DNA from: Haloquadratum walsbyi C23
Lineage (GTDB): Archaea > Halobacteriota > Halobacteria > Halobacteriales > Haloferacaceae
DNA: 32,000 bases
Direction of reading: 5' to 3'
Assembly (NCBI RefSeq): GCF_000237865.1
Contig: NC_017459.1
Coordinates: forward strand, 1,140,001 to 1,172,000
The notes under the pieces were generated by a model that saw only the letters and a program-made list of their open reading frames with translations, searched no databases and had not been told where the DNA came from. Positions within the stretch are counted from its first letter, which is position 1; every line of letters begins with the position of its first letter. Both the position numbers and the translations under genes were made by a program. Positions 1 through 8,703 of this stretch are shown here, in pieces.

Positions 1-201
1 TCCCAAGCATTGAACGCGACCGGTACTCGCACGCTTCTACTCAATGTATACTTTTCATATATCACATTTCTCACAATCGGATATGGTGGCATTGGTCCAC
101 TCGGTCTTGGGGCTCGATTCCTTGCTGCAATTCTTGTTTATCTTAATGTAATTTTGGCTGGACTCTTCATTTACTCCCTAATTAAACGGAGTGAAATTTA
201 G
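1..201 (+). CDS. Ion-channel pore-domain protein (K+ channel-like), 3' end only; gene starts upstream of the window
   Basis: The frame is open from base 1 (track ORF 10..201 is its tail), with stop TAG at 199-201. It contains a K+-channel type selectivity filter TIGYGG, followed by a hydrophobic inner helix (FLAAILVYLNVILAGLFIY). Confidence 0.6.
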   Translation, partial: SQALNATGTRTLLLNVYFSYITFLTIGYGGIGPLGLGARFLAAILVYLNVILAGLFIYSLIKRSEI

Positions 202-256
202 CACTGAGTAACTCAGCAAAAACATAATACACACTCAGTCGGTAATTTAACTTAGT

Positions 257-1222
257 ATGAGCAATGCCCACGAACATGACTTCACTGGAGATATCACACT
301 CAATGGAGGTGAGGAAACGCCGATTTCAGTTATCGATGCTGAAAATGTCTATTTTCGACGAAACTCGGTCACTGGAAATGTTAAACTCATCAATCCTGAA
401 TACGTATTTTCATCTCAGAGACCAACCGAAAAAACCGTGCCGTCAGATGACATAGAGACCACTGTTAGTGGGTCAATCGAGGATATATATGTTCCACACA
501 ATGCAATCGAGGGGACCATCATCATTGATGGCGCACAAGATGTGCACATCGAACCAAATGCAATAACTGGTGATATTGAAATTGTTGGAGAAGAGCAACT
601 CTTCTATAATCAACTCACAGACTCGCCATATGGACACGGCGTTTATGATGCGCATGGCGTTGGCTGGAAGCGATCAGTGTCTGTGTCCGATCCCAAACAC
701 GGTGTCAGTGTCACTGGTGGGCGATGCACCGCAGAAATAACTGATGTAACGGCAGATATCGAACTGATTGTATCTGGTTGGAACAATACCATTGATATCA
801 CTGGGCGAACAGCAATGGTCACGGTCTATTTACTTGGATCGCAAAACACCGTGAGGACAAGTCCATATATCGATCTTGAAACAGACATACAGGCTGGCGT
901 CGAGAATACCATCGAACAGGAACCAGTTCCTGCCAGTGATATCATCGAGACGACCAGAAAGGAAGCATATGCTGGTCACTTACTGGGACGAGACACCGTT
1001 ACTTTTCAGGAGCCAGCCACAGACAGAGACTACTGCCCAAACTGCGGTGCGAATGCAAGCGCTATCATCACTCGCCGTCAAGAGGATGCACTTTTTCTTA
1101 CCAACACCCCTGTCTACCGATTCGATGCTGGAGGAAATTCATATGAATGTGAAAACTGCTCGGTTAACGCTACCCCAGACATACAGTTGTCTGAGGAGGA
1201 ACGTAAACGAGTCTTAGGTTGA
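257..1222 (+). CDS. Hypothetical repeat protein (beta-solenoid-like units) with C-terminal zinc ribbon
   Basis: 321-aa ORF with recurring short strand-like units: GDITLNG, TGNVKLI, GTIIIDGAQDVHI, ITGDIEIVG, ELIVSGWNNTIDITG, VTVYLLGSQNTVRT (reminiscent of DUF3060-type repeats). The C-terminus has CPNCG, about 34 aa, then CENCS. No enzyme motif was recognised. Confidence 0.6.
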   Translation: MSNAHEHDFTGDITLNGGEETPISVIDAENVYFRRNSVTGNVKLINPEYVFSSQRPTEKTVPSDDIETTVSGSIEDIYVPHNAIEGTIIIDGAQDVHIEPNAITGDIEIVGEEQLFYNQLTDSPYGHGVYDAHGVGWKRSVSVSDPKHGVSVTGGRCTAEITDVTADIELIVSGWNNTIDITGRTAMVTVYLLGSQNTVRTSPYIDLETDIQAGVENTIEQEPVPASDIIETTRKEAYAGHLLGRDTVTFQEPATDRDYCPNCGANASAIITRRQEDALFLTNTPVYRFDAGGNSYECENCSVNATPDIQLSEEERKRVLG

Positions 1223-1292
1223 TCGGTTGATCGGGATCTCTGCAAAAGAGTGATTACCGCTTTGATCCCAGCGCCATATGTAGAGATGGAAA

Positions 1293-1763
1293 TTATTCAA
1301 GCAGAAGAAAACTCACTCCACCAATCACTGCACTGACAGTGGTCAATATCAGCGTCAAAACGATACCCAATCCGAAGAGAGCAGGAGCGAACGTAAGCCC
1401 AAAGATAAATCCGATTAATGCACCAATTCCTGTTGCTAACACCGGTGATCCACTCTCAGTCTTTGCTCCAATACCCGACCCAGCAGCGACACCTCCAATC
1501 CACGTCAGTGGAATCGGGATTACTCCAGCGATGAGTGCTCCAATAAACATGAGGCCGGCAAGGGCAACAGCACTGGAAGAACTATTCCCTTGATTTGTTT
1601 TTGAACTGATCATATTGAATGTTCGCTTGAGTAAGCCAGACCAACTACTGCGGTCTGAAACTGGTTGTGGAGACACCCGATACCCTGACTGTGAACGTGA
1701 ACTCCCCCCAGTATCATTACTGTCTGTTGTTTTCGTTTGTTCTTTTTGTCGCTCTTTACTCAT
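1293..1763 (-). CDS. Hypothetical Gly-rich membrane protein
   Basis: 156-aa ORF. A polar Ser/Thr-rich N-terminus is followed by Gly/Ala/Ile-rich hydrophobic segments (glycine-zipper-like, 3-4 predicted spans). The antisense ORF 1339..1593 is treated as a shadow. Confidence 0.55.
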   Translation of the reverse strand: MSKERQKEQTKTTDSNDTGGSSRSQSGYRVSPQPVSDRSSWSGLLKRTFNMISSKTNQGNSSSSAVALAGLMFIGALIAGVIPIPLTWIGGVAAGSGIGAKTESGSPVLATGIGALIGFIFGLTFAPALFGLGIVLTLILTTVSAVIGGVSFLLLE

Positions 1764-2017
1764 GTGAATGCATTCGTACTCCAGACAAATGAATGGCTAC
1801 ACTCAATTTCACTACTGCTACAATATCACAAGATTCAGTCATGAATGAGTCGGGATCGACAATATGGATATTAACGTGAGATCAACCGTGGAATTCTATA
1901 GCCGGAGCAGGGCAAGAACCCCGGATTATACCTTTGGGGTGAAGCCTATCGAAAGGTTGCACATGATTACTGCGGTTGATGTACTGTTCAATCTTTGAGG
2001 ATATGACGATTGCTTCG

Positions 2018-2218
2018 GTTGAAGCGGAATACACGAATCGGGGCTGTGCATTGACTGTGTATTGACACGCTAAGCGAGCGAATCAACAACAGAAGGGATT
2101 CAAGTGTTGGTTTTATTATCATTAAGAACATGCGGATTGGAATGCGTCGGTAAACGTTGCAGAGCGTGGATTGGGGAACTGGTCGGTAGATGTGCCTACT
2201 GTAAAGACTCTTGCTTAA
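2018..2218 (+). pseudogene. tnpB: C-terminal remnant of a further TnpB (IS1341-type) gene with two in-frame stops
   Basis: The frame from 2018 reads VEAEYTNRGCALTVY*HAKRANQQQKGFKCWFYYH*EHADWNASVNVAERGLGNWSVDVPTVKTLA*. This is the (E)YTSxxC zinc-finger and HADxNAAxN RuvC-III end typical of TnpB. In-frame stops lie at 2063-2065 and 2123-2125. Confidence 0.45.
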
Positions 2219-2251
2219 TTTCGGAAGATACGATAATAGGCATGCAGTGAC

Positions 2252-2396
2252 ATGAACTACCCGATATCATCGCTTGGAACCGTCTGAGCCGGTGTCTTTC
2301 TCTGGAGCGGATCGGCGTCAACGCTGCAGGGAGTGTGAGCAATTAACTCAAATGAGTTATAAAGAAAGCCCCGATGCTTGTTGTCGGGGTTGTCCA
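2252..2396 (-). repeat. Orphan IS1341-type right-end-like remnant abutting the next element
   Basis: On the minus strand it terminates in GGGTAGTTCAT (2252-2262). This is the same terminal motif as the ends at 2397, 3638 and 8783. It contains the hairpin CCCCGA-9nt-TCGGGG at 2369-2389. Confidence 0.3.
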
Positions 2397-2482
2397 GCAA
2401 ACTACCCTACCCTACTTCGCTCACCCTATACGGGTTCGCTCAGTGAGGGTAGGGCTTTGATGTGGAGTCCCGGTCCCAGCAA
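2397..2482 (-). ncRNA. Putative omega-RNA (reRNA) scaffold / right end of copy 1
   Basis: It lies immediately 3' of the tnpB stop. It is near-identical to 8668-8783 (CAGCCTATTGCTGGrGACTGATTGCyGGGA ... AAAGCCCTACCCT ... AGTAGGGTAGGGTAGTTTrC). A 9-bp outer stem pairs CCCTACCCT (2405-2413) with AGGGTAGGG (2446-2454). Confidence 0.45.
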
Positions 2483-3160
2483 TCAGTCCCCAGCAATAGG
2501 CTGATGACTCTCACCGTTCAGTGTCCCACCATTCAAACGCACGTCTACTGGTGCGTCTCCGTCCCCCGACTTGGGCGAGAAACGGAGTTTGTGTTGTCGC
2601 CTCCGAGCGTACCGCACGCCAGTGTTCTTCGCGGCGTTGTAATCTGCGTTCACTTTGTATCCGCACTTCAGACAACAGAAGTGTTCTCCGTAGCGGTTGT
2701 CCTCGTGTGTGAACCCGTAGTCCGTTCGAGAACAGCGTTGGGACGTGTGGTTCGGCTCGACTTGCTCCACAGAGACACCCTGCTCGGGCGCTTTGTACTC
2801 GACGTACTCGAACAGGCGTTGGAACGCCCAAACGTGGTGCCATTCCGCCTGCGGGAGTCGCTCACGGATGTCGGTTAACTCCTCGAACGCGATTACCTCG
2901 CAGTCATGTTCGACGGCCTCCGAAATCATATCGGTAGCGACTGTGTGAATGAACCGTATTGTTTTCGCCACGCTTCTTCGCGTTTGTCGGGGCGGAGCAG
3001 ACCATTGTGCGCGGCCTGCGTGCCGCGCTGTTGCATCTCTCCACGTCGCTTCTCGAACTCCCATGTCTAGTGGTCGTAGTCGTCGTCGCCTTGCCAGAAG
3101 CGCCTGGTCGAGGAAACGGCAAGACTGTTGACGTCCTCAGAAATCGATAGTACTTCATGA
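2483..3160 (-). pseudogene. tnpB: TnpB (IS605 OrfB-type RNA-guided nuclease) pseudogene, 5'-truncated
   Basis: It aligns with copy 2 through [47 protein letters not shown] and [17 protein letters not shown]. About 200 N-terminal codons are missing. The RuvC-I motif is degraded ([13 protein letters not shown] versus VLGIDFGVNSLAV). TAG replaces the Trp codon of DHW at 3067-3069, and an indel shifts the frame near 2945-2965. Confidence 0.8.
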
Positions 3161-3182
3161 AACATTTTGAACCATCGGTCCT

Positions 3183-3638
3183 ATGCAGCAGTATCAGCAG
3201 CTACTCTATGCCAAGGTTTCAGTTATATTGTCGGACGCCGAGCGGAAGAGTAAGATGGGCGTTCCGACCTGTCGGCTTCGATTCGCTCGTCGTTCCATTC
3301 GGAACGACTCGCTCCTTGCGAGGCTGACGGACAGGGATAGCGTTCAAACGCGACAAGAAGCGTGCGTTGTCCCACGGAATCACCCCGTCGAGCAACTATG
3401 AGTAGGACACTCCGAAGAAATGTCCCCAGAAATCTCCGAGTTCTGGTGTGCGAACGAATCGCCCCGCGATTCGTCAACGCCTGTGGAGACTGCACTCCCT
3501 GTGGATACATCTGTATCTGCAAAGTGCGTTCACCAGACTCCGTCTGGTGGGCTGTCAGACGCAGTCTGACAACGTCGTAGAAGCAGGAAGCCCCGCCCTG
3601 CTCGGCCTGACGGCCTCGCTAAGGGCGGGGTAGTTCAC
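3183..3638 (+). pseudogene. tnpB: 3' remnant of a different TnpB subgroup plus its right end, opposite orientation to copy 1
   Basis: Two different frames give TPVETALPVDTSVSAKCV (3477-3530) and VVEAGSPALLGLTASLRAG* (3574-3633). As I recall, this is the TPVET...VVE(T/A)GSP tail of many haloarchaeal TnpB proteins. It ends in the stem CCCCGCCCT (3591-3599) / AGGGCGGGG (3622-3630) followed by TAGTTCAC (3631-3638). The 5' limit is uncertain. Confidence 0.5.
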
Positions 3639-3640
3639 GG

Positions 3641-3788
3641 AGCACTCGACGGTATTTATGCACTTGAGAATCGGTCGGTCGAGGTGTGGCGGTTGTGTCG
3701 TCGCTTGTCAGTTTCCTCCCCGACCTACTCGCTCACTCCGTTCGCTTCTTAAGGTCGGGGGCTTCCCCCCCGAAAACGCTGAATCATG
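3641..3788 (-). repeat. Left end of copy 1, detached from its tnpB
   Basis: The reverse complement aligns with 6876-7040 of copy 2. Examples are GAGTAGGTCGGGGAGGAAACTGACAAGCGACGACACAACC versus GAGTAGACCGGAGCCGGGGAGGAAGCCGACATAGCAGGACACAACC. It includes the TATA-like CATAAATACC, which matches CTATAATAACC in copy 2. Confidence 0.55.
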
Positions 3789-3874
3789 ACTTCTATTACA
3801 CTGTCAATAACGGTAGTATACCCCCGTTATGCAAAGGTTTATTTGAATATCATTAAAAATAATGTATAGATAAT

Positions 3875-4375
3875 ATGAAATTTGACACGATACGCGAGCT
3901 AATTCAGTTACTAAATAAAATCGATTTCGACGAGACTGATATTAATATGAATCAATCATCAGGTGTGACTGCACGGCATATTCGATCTCGGGAGAACCGT
4001 CGTCGATCATCCACAAGAAACCGTCGTCAGTCAGAAAATACGGAGGGAAGAGAGAAGTTTGCTCGAAAACGTCGAATCAAACGACTTAATCGATTAATAA
4101 AGCAAGCAGAACGAAATGGTGAGGACATTGCTGAGTATATCTCTGATACGGAACCCAGCATACATATCGCTGAACCTCACCCAGGCATAGTAAAAATAGT
4201 GATCGACAGACACCCGGTGGATGTCGAATTTGATGAGCATACTCCATGCGTAGAACTCTCGTATAATGGCAATTCAACGACGGTTGAACTCCCTGCAGTC
4301 CCAGTCGAACTTCGTGAAAAAACCGAGCAAAACGCCATCACAACGTTGCTATTCCGGGTTGAAAGTGGCAAATAA
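3875..4375 (+). CDS. Hypothetical protein with Arg-rich basic centre and small beta-rich C-terminal domain
   Basis: 166-aa ORF preceded by an AT-rich promoter-like stretch. The central tract is RSRENRRRSSTRNRRQSENTEGREKFARKRRIKRLNRLIK. The C-terminal part (IHIAEPHPGIVKIVIDRHPVDVEFDE...) is vaguely Hsp20/alpha-crystallin-like, which is a weak call. Confidence 0.5.
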   Translation: MKFDTIRELIQLLNKIDFDETDINMNQSSGVTARHIRSRENRRRSSTRNRRQSENTEGREKFARKRRIKRLNRLIKQAERNGEDIAEYISDTEPSIHIAEPHPGIVKIVIDRHPVDVEFDEHTPCVELSYNGNSTTVELPAVPVELREKTEQNAITTLLFRVESGK

Positions 4376-4430
4376 ACTCACACGAGGCTTCCAGCAATAT
4401 CATCGACAGTCGACCATTCTCTGCACTCTC

Positions 4431-4457
4431 CAGACAAACAAGGCGAGTGTCTCGGGG
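4431..4457 (+). repeat. Truncated copy A of the ~48-nt hairpin repeat (family a)
   Basis: CAGACAAACAAGGCGAGTGTCTCGGGG matches 13360-13386 at 25 of 27 positions. The 19-mer CAAGGCGAGTGTCTCGGGG is identical in both. Confidence 0.55.
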
Positions 4458-4982
4458 GTTTAATGATTCAACAAACTTCCGGGTGAACTGATTCACTCAC
4501 TCGATGCGAGAGAACTACCCTGACCGATGCATGTCTAATTAAGCACCCAGCTCTTCTATGAATCACTATGCCCCTCGAGGTACTTCACATATTGCTGTGA
4601 TGCGTGCTTGCAGATATAGACTGATATCTGAAATGATTCTAGATCATATTTGATGTGCACTAGTCACCGTGTATTAGAGGTCAAATAAGAGCATGCACCG
4701 TTCTCAAATCTGGGAATCGTCAATCCCTGGCAGAGGAGCAATCTGACACGATGCTGCGATCCGCTCAGTCTCATTGTTCACAGTCACCAAGCTCACGTAA
4801 TCACTCTCAATATCTTAATATCTGCAAAGCGATACATAAATCCCCGCTCACCACAAATTTATGAATATGACTGATTACGTGCATCGCCTGATCCCGACGA
4901 TCCCTCAATCGATCACACGAGGTACTACACTCATGCATCCATCGTCCAGATTGACTGAGAACATACTATAGGATTCGAATAT

Positions 4983-6704
4983 ATGTCATCAGATAACGAC
5001 TCTGCTTTTCCTGACTTTACTAATTTGGACTCAGTACTTGGCTCCGCTGCTGGTCCAGACCCGTCACCTGTATCATTACTCCTGCGAGTCGGTGTCGTGA
5101 TCATTGCAGCTGTGATCGTTTACTTGGCTCGACCATTGATTCATTTTTGGATTTATGGCATGCTTTTCAGCCCGACTGGGCTCATTCTCTTTGGGACTGC
5201 GACGGTTGGCGTTGTCATTGTCACCTTGATGTTCTTATTTCCTGGACTTCGCAGTGTAATTAGGGTTAATGATGTCAATGTGGCTGGCAGCGTGATTGTG
5301 TTTGTCTTCTTCCTCTCAATTGGTGTTGGAGGAGTAACTGGAATATTTGAGAGTAATAGCCTTGCTGAACGGACAACGCTCAATGTTGAAGAGATTGATG
5401 AACTCCCAGCTGTTGCTGAGGAAAATCCCCGAATTGTCCCACGTCCAGTCGCTGATGTTCAGACACGTGGGTCAGTATCGTACCGACAACATCGACTTGG
5501 AACGAGTGATATTGCTCGCTCCCCGGATGGATCACTTGTCTGGAGTTACGCAATCGAGCCTGACCCATTTCGCATTCAATTGACAGGAAATCAACGAGGT
5601 GTATTGCTCAGTGATATGACATCAATTGAAAACCGCAGTATCTCTGCATTTGACGAACAGGACTTCGAGCATGGGCAGAATATGTTTTTATACCGGTCCG
5701 CAGGTTGGCAACTCAAGACAACCGGTGGTTACTGGAGTACATATCAAGATGACCCTGTTGAGTTTGTTCATGATGGGACAGCATACATGGCATATCCGAA
5801 GACCGGTCATGAGTGGAAATTGACCCCAATCCCACACACAGTTCCAGTCTGGGATGGTGTTGGGCTTGTCCACCCAGACGGCACAATTGATCATCTGTCA
5901 CCTGAAGAAGCACAGGAGAGTGATATACTCGATGGACAACGTCTCTATCCTCTTACACTCGCTCGCGAAGAGGCTGAGTCACTCCGATTCCGGAATGGGA
6001 TTATTAATCAGCTCCCTATTGTCGGATCATTCCGTGGCGTTATCGAACCCGCATCACTCCCAGCTACTGCGAGTAATGAACAACCGTTTGTTATCGATAC
6101 AGAGTCAGATGGAATGACATACGTGATGGCGATGGAACCATTCGGCGAGTCAACTCGTGGTCTTGATGAAGTGTGGCTTTTCGATGCCGACACAAATGAG
6201 CGGAAGGTATTTTCAACCGGTCGAGAGACACTACTTGGTCCTGAGCGGGCAGCTGGGATTGTTCGGTCGGAAGATAGTCGGACAAACTGGGCTGGTGCCA
6301 ATGGAGACGGGCAGTTCAAAGTCGTTGAGCCAATTCCAGTTGTTGTTGACTCTCAACTATGGTGGCACACAAAGGTATCACCGACAGATAACACCGATGT
6401 GACGCGAAACGTATTTGTTAATGCTGACACTGAAGAAGCAATTGAACTTGGGCGGACTGAAGACGTCGTCTCATTCCTCAATGGGGCGTCGGTCAGTGCT
6501 CAAGAGAATATCACAACTGGGGAATCTGAGCAGACCGAGACTGCAACGGCTACCTCAGGCGACGATACCATTGGATATGTGATTGTCGTCCGCAACGAGA
6601 ATGGAACTGTTGTCGACCGAATTCAAGTTCCGAAGAACCAAACCGCGACCATCGAGAGTGCTCAAACCAACGCAACGGTGACAACGTCATCGGCTTCATC
6701 ATAA
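4983..6704 (+). CDS. Hypothetical membrane-anchored protein (N-terminal TM bundle, large extracytoplasmic domain, Thr/Ser-rich tail)
   Basis: 573-aa ORF. The first ~120 aa contain about four hydrophobic spans. A long acidic soluble domain with no recognised motif follows. The C-terminal low-complexity tail reads TETATATSGDD...TNATVTTSSASS. Confidence 0.7.
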   Translation: MSSDNDSAFPDFTNLDSVLGSAAGPDPSPVSLLLRVGVVIIAAVIVYLARPLIHFWIYGMLFSPTGLILFGTATVGVVIVTLMFLFPGLRSVIRVNDVNVAGSVIVFVFFLSIGVGGVTGIFESNSLAERTTLNVEEIDELPAVAEENPRIVPRPVADVQTRGSVSYRQHRLGTSDIARSPDGSLVWSYAIEPDPFRIQLTGNQRGVLLSDMTSIENRSISAFDEQDFEHGQNMFLYRSAGWQLKTTGGYWSTYQDDPVEFVHDGTAYMAYPKTGHEWKLTPIPHTVPVWDGVGLVHPDGTIDHLSPEEAQESDILDGQRLYPLTLAREEAESLRFRNGIINQLPIVGSFRGVIEPASLPATASNEQPFVIDTESDGMTYVMAMEPFGESTRGLDEVWLFDADTNERKVFSTGRETLLGPERAAGIVRSEDSRTNWAGANGDGQFKVVEPIPVVVDSQLWWHTKVSPTDNTDVTRNVFVNADTEEAIELGRTEDVVSFLNGASVSAQENITTGESEQTETATATSGDDTIGYVIVVRNENGTVVDRIQVPKNQTATIESAQTNATVTTSSASS

Positions 6705-7022
6705 CTGATGACTTCAGATTCTGATTCTTACTGGGGAAAATTCTCGCCAGACGAATATATGTCATCATGTGTTGCGACTATGCGCTTCCGCTGGACGGCA
6801 CGTGATCGACAGACCGAGAGAAATACACATTTCGGTTTAGTTACTTCTTGATTTCGTGTCTCTCCCAGCAATCGTATTCAGCAGTTTCGAGGCGGAGCCT
6901 CCGGCCTCAAGGAGCGAGGGCTTCCGACTGGTCGGAAAGCACGACGCGAGTAGACCGGAGCCGGGGAGGAAGCCGACATAGCAGGACACAACCACTATAC
7001 GATGACCACCTTACTCACAAAC

Positions 7023-7030
7023 TATAATAA
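7023..7030 (+). promoter_or_regulatory. Candidate TATA box for tnpB copy 2
   Basis: TATAATAA is centred about 27 nt upstream of ATG 7053. This fits a leaderless archaeal transcript, and a matching element is conserved in copy 1 (3651-3660, minus). Confidence 0.35.
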
Positions 7031-7052
7031 CCGTTGTTTCTTCACCTGAAAT

Positions 7053-8703
7053 ATGGAAGTCCGACGTACCGCACCCGTCAAACTTGACGTTCCTGACTAG
7101 CGGTGTGAGGACTTCCACGAATCAGCTCAACAGTTTCTCCACTGTGCGAGCCGTGCCGCAGCGTTCTGTTGGGGTGACACTAACTACAAAGCGTGTGTCA
7201 CGGCTAACAGTACCGCACGAAATGCGCTCTACGACGAGCTTCGGGCTGAAACCGACCTCACTGCAAACCTTGTGCAAGAAGGCATCCGACGTGCTGTGCA
7301 AGCTGTCACAGGCTGTGTCGAACGCTGGAAACAAGCCAAGCGTGTGAGCCAACCGGAGTTCACGTCGTGGAGTATGGTCTATGACAAGCGGAGCGCGACG
7401 TTCTACCGAGACAAAGTCTCACTCTCAACGGTCAACGGGCGTGTAGAGTGCGATTTTGAATTGCCTTCAGACAGTCACAGTCCAACACCCTACAAAGAGT
7501 ACGTGCTGTCTGAGGATTTTGAGTTCCGTGCAAGCACATTGCAATACGACAAAGCAACCGACGAGTTCTACTTCCATATCACCACGCGGAAGTATGATAG
7601 CGAGAACCAAGGTGACAAACACACAGAGATTTCGGCGGATACCGGGCATTAAACAGTCCTCGGTATCGACTTCGGTGTGAACAGTCTCGCTGTCGCCTCC
7701 ACCGGACGATTCTGGAATGGTGATGGGTACGATCACTGGTGTCGTGAATTTGAGAAACGGCGTGGTGAAATGCAGCAACAGGGGACGCAGGCCGCTCACA
7801 ACGCCTTGCTTCGGCTCGGGAAGCGAGAAGAAGCATGGCGAAAACAGTCCCTCCACACCGTCGCTACCGAGATTGTCACAGAAGCCGTTGAACATGAGTG
7901 TGACGTGATCGTCTTCGAGGATCTGACCGATATTCGTGATCGACTACCACAGGCGAAGTGGCATCACATTTGGGCGTTTCGTCGCTTGGTCGAGTATGTG
8001 AAGTACCTCGGGGTCAAGCCCCGAGGCTTCACCGTCTTGGGCAAGCACCGCACCCGCAGGCGAATTTAATTCCCTCCGACCTTCCCCGTGAGGGGTCGGC
8101 TGGAATTAACACCCGAACTCCGCGAGGAGTCCGTGGAGGTCGGCGGCTTCACTCCGCCCGTTGAAACCCCCGTCGCACCACCGTAGTAGCGGATTTTGAG
8201 AGGGGTCACATTTCCAAACTGTCAAACGACCAGCGAAGGAAATAAGATCTTCATTTCCATACTTTGATGGGTTGTTTCTGGTCGTTGTCACCGCATCAAA
8301 CGCTAGAAATATTTAGATTTGTGGCATATAGTGACGGCATTCACCCTCGGGGTCAAGCCCCGAGGCACTCTGCCTGTTAATCTGTAGAATACAAGGCACC
8401 AGAACGGGGTGTATTGGTCGAACAGGTCGAACCGAACCACACGTCGCAACGCTGTTCACGGACAGACTGCGGGTTCACACATGAGGATAACCGCAATGGA
8501 GAACAGTTCCGTTGTCTGAAATGCGGGTATGAAGTGAACGCCGACTACAATGCCGCAAAGAATGTTGGAAGACGGTACGCTCGAACAGAGCATCACAGAC
8601 TGCGTTCCTCGCCCATGTCGGGGAGCGGAGACGCACCAGTAGATGTGCGTATAAATAGTGGGCGTTGAACGGCGAGAGTTACCAGCCTATTGCTGGAGAC
8701 TGA
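7053..8703 (+). pseudogene. tnpB: TnpB (IS605 OrfB-type) pseudogene, full length but multiply disrupted
   Basis: It starts MEVRRTAPVKLDV. In-frame stops are TAG 7098-7100 and TAA 7650-7652. The RuvC-I motif VLGIDFGVN is intact. The ~380-bp insertion after 8006 splits EYVKY from (VEY)KAPERG. The zinc finger and RuvC-III read [18 protein letters not shown] frameshift near 8655-8668 gives a premature TGA at 8666-8668. The ancestral stop is TGA 8701-8703 ([13 protein letters not shown]). Confidence 0.85.
8007..8383. mobile_element. Non-coding hairpin-ended MITE (PATE-like) inserted in tnpB copy 2
   Basis: The identical 21-nt hairpin CCTCGGGGTCAAGCCCCGAGG sits at both ends (8006-8026 and 8345-8365). 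The right end 8339-8384 is a reverse-oriented family-a repeat. There is an internal long imperfect hairpin at 8066-8109 and no credible ORF. The boundaries are uncertain by 9 bp because of the imperfect direct repeat GTGAAGTAC (7998-8006) / GTAGAATAC (8384-8392). Confidence 0.6.

Larger units (their letters stand above)
2397..3788 (-). mobile_element. Degraded IS200/IS605-family IS1341-type element, copy 1 (tnpB only, no tnpA), interrupted by a foreign TnpB fragment
   Basis: The right end (2397-2482), tnpB fragment (2483-3160) and left end (3641-3788) are each homologous in reverse complement to the matching parts of copy 2 at 6876-8783. The segment 3183-3638 is unrelated and in opposite orientation. 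Confidence 0.7.

Noticed and set aside
2462-3633. Many overlapping 60-140-aa ORFs on both strands (e.g. 2462..2878, 2511..2843, 2668..2865, 2904..3158, 3223..3522, 3362..3580)
   Set aside because: They lie in GC-rich IS DNA, where stop codons are rare in all frames. Their products are Arg/Ser/Pro-rich with no motifs. The TnpB frame and its remnants explain the region.
7084-7895. Alternative-frame and antisense ORFs inside tnpB copy 2 (7084..7347, 7122..7352, 7456..7680, 7467..7895, 7579..7836, 7717..7908)
   Set aside because: They are shadow ORFs of the GC-rich tnpB pseudogene. Only the frame starting at ATG 7053 aligns with copy 1 and carries TnpB motifs.
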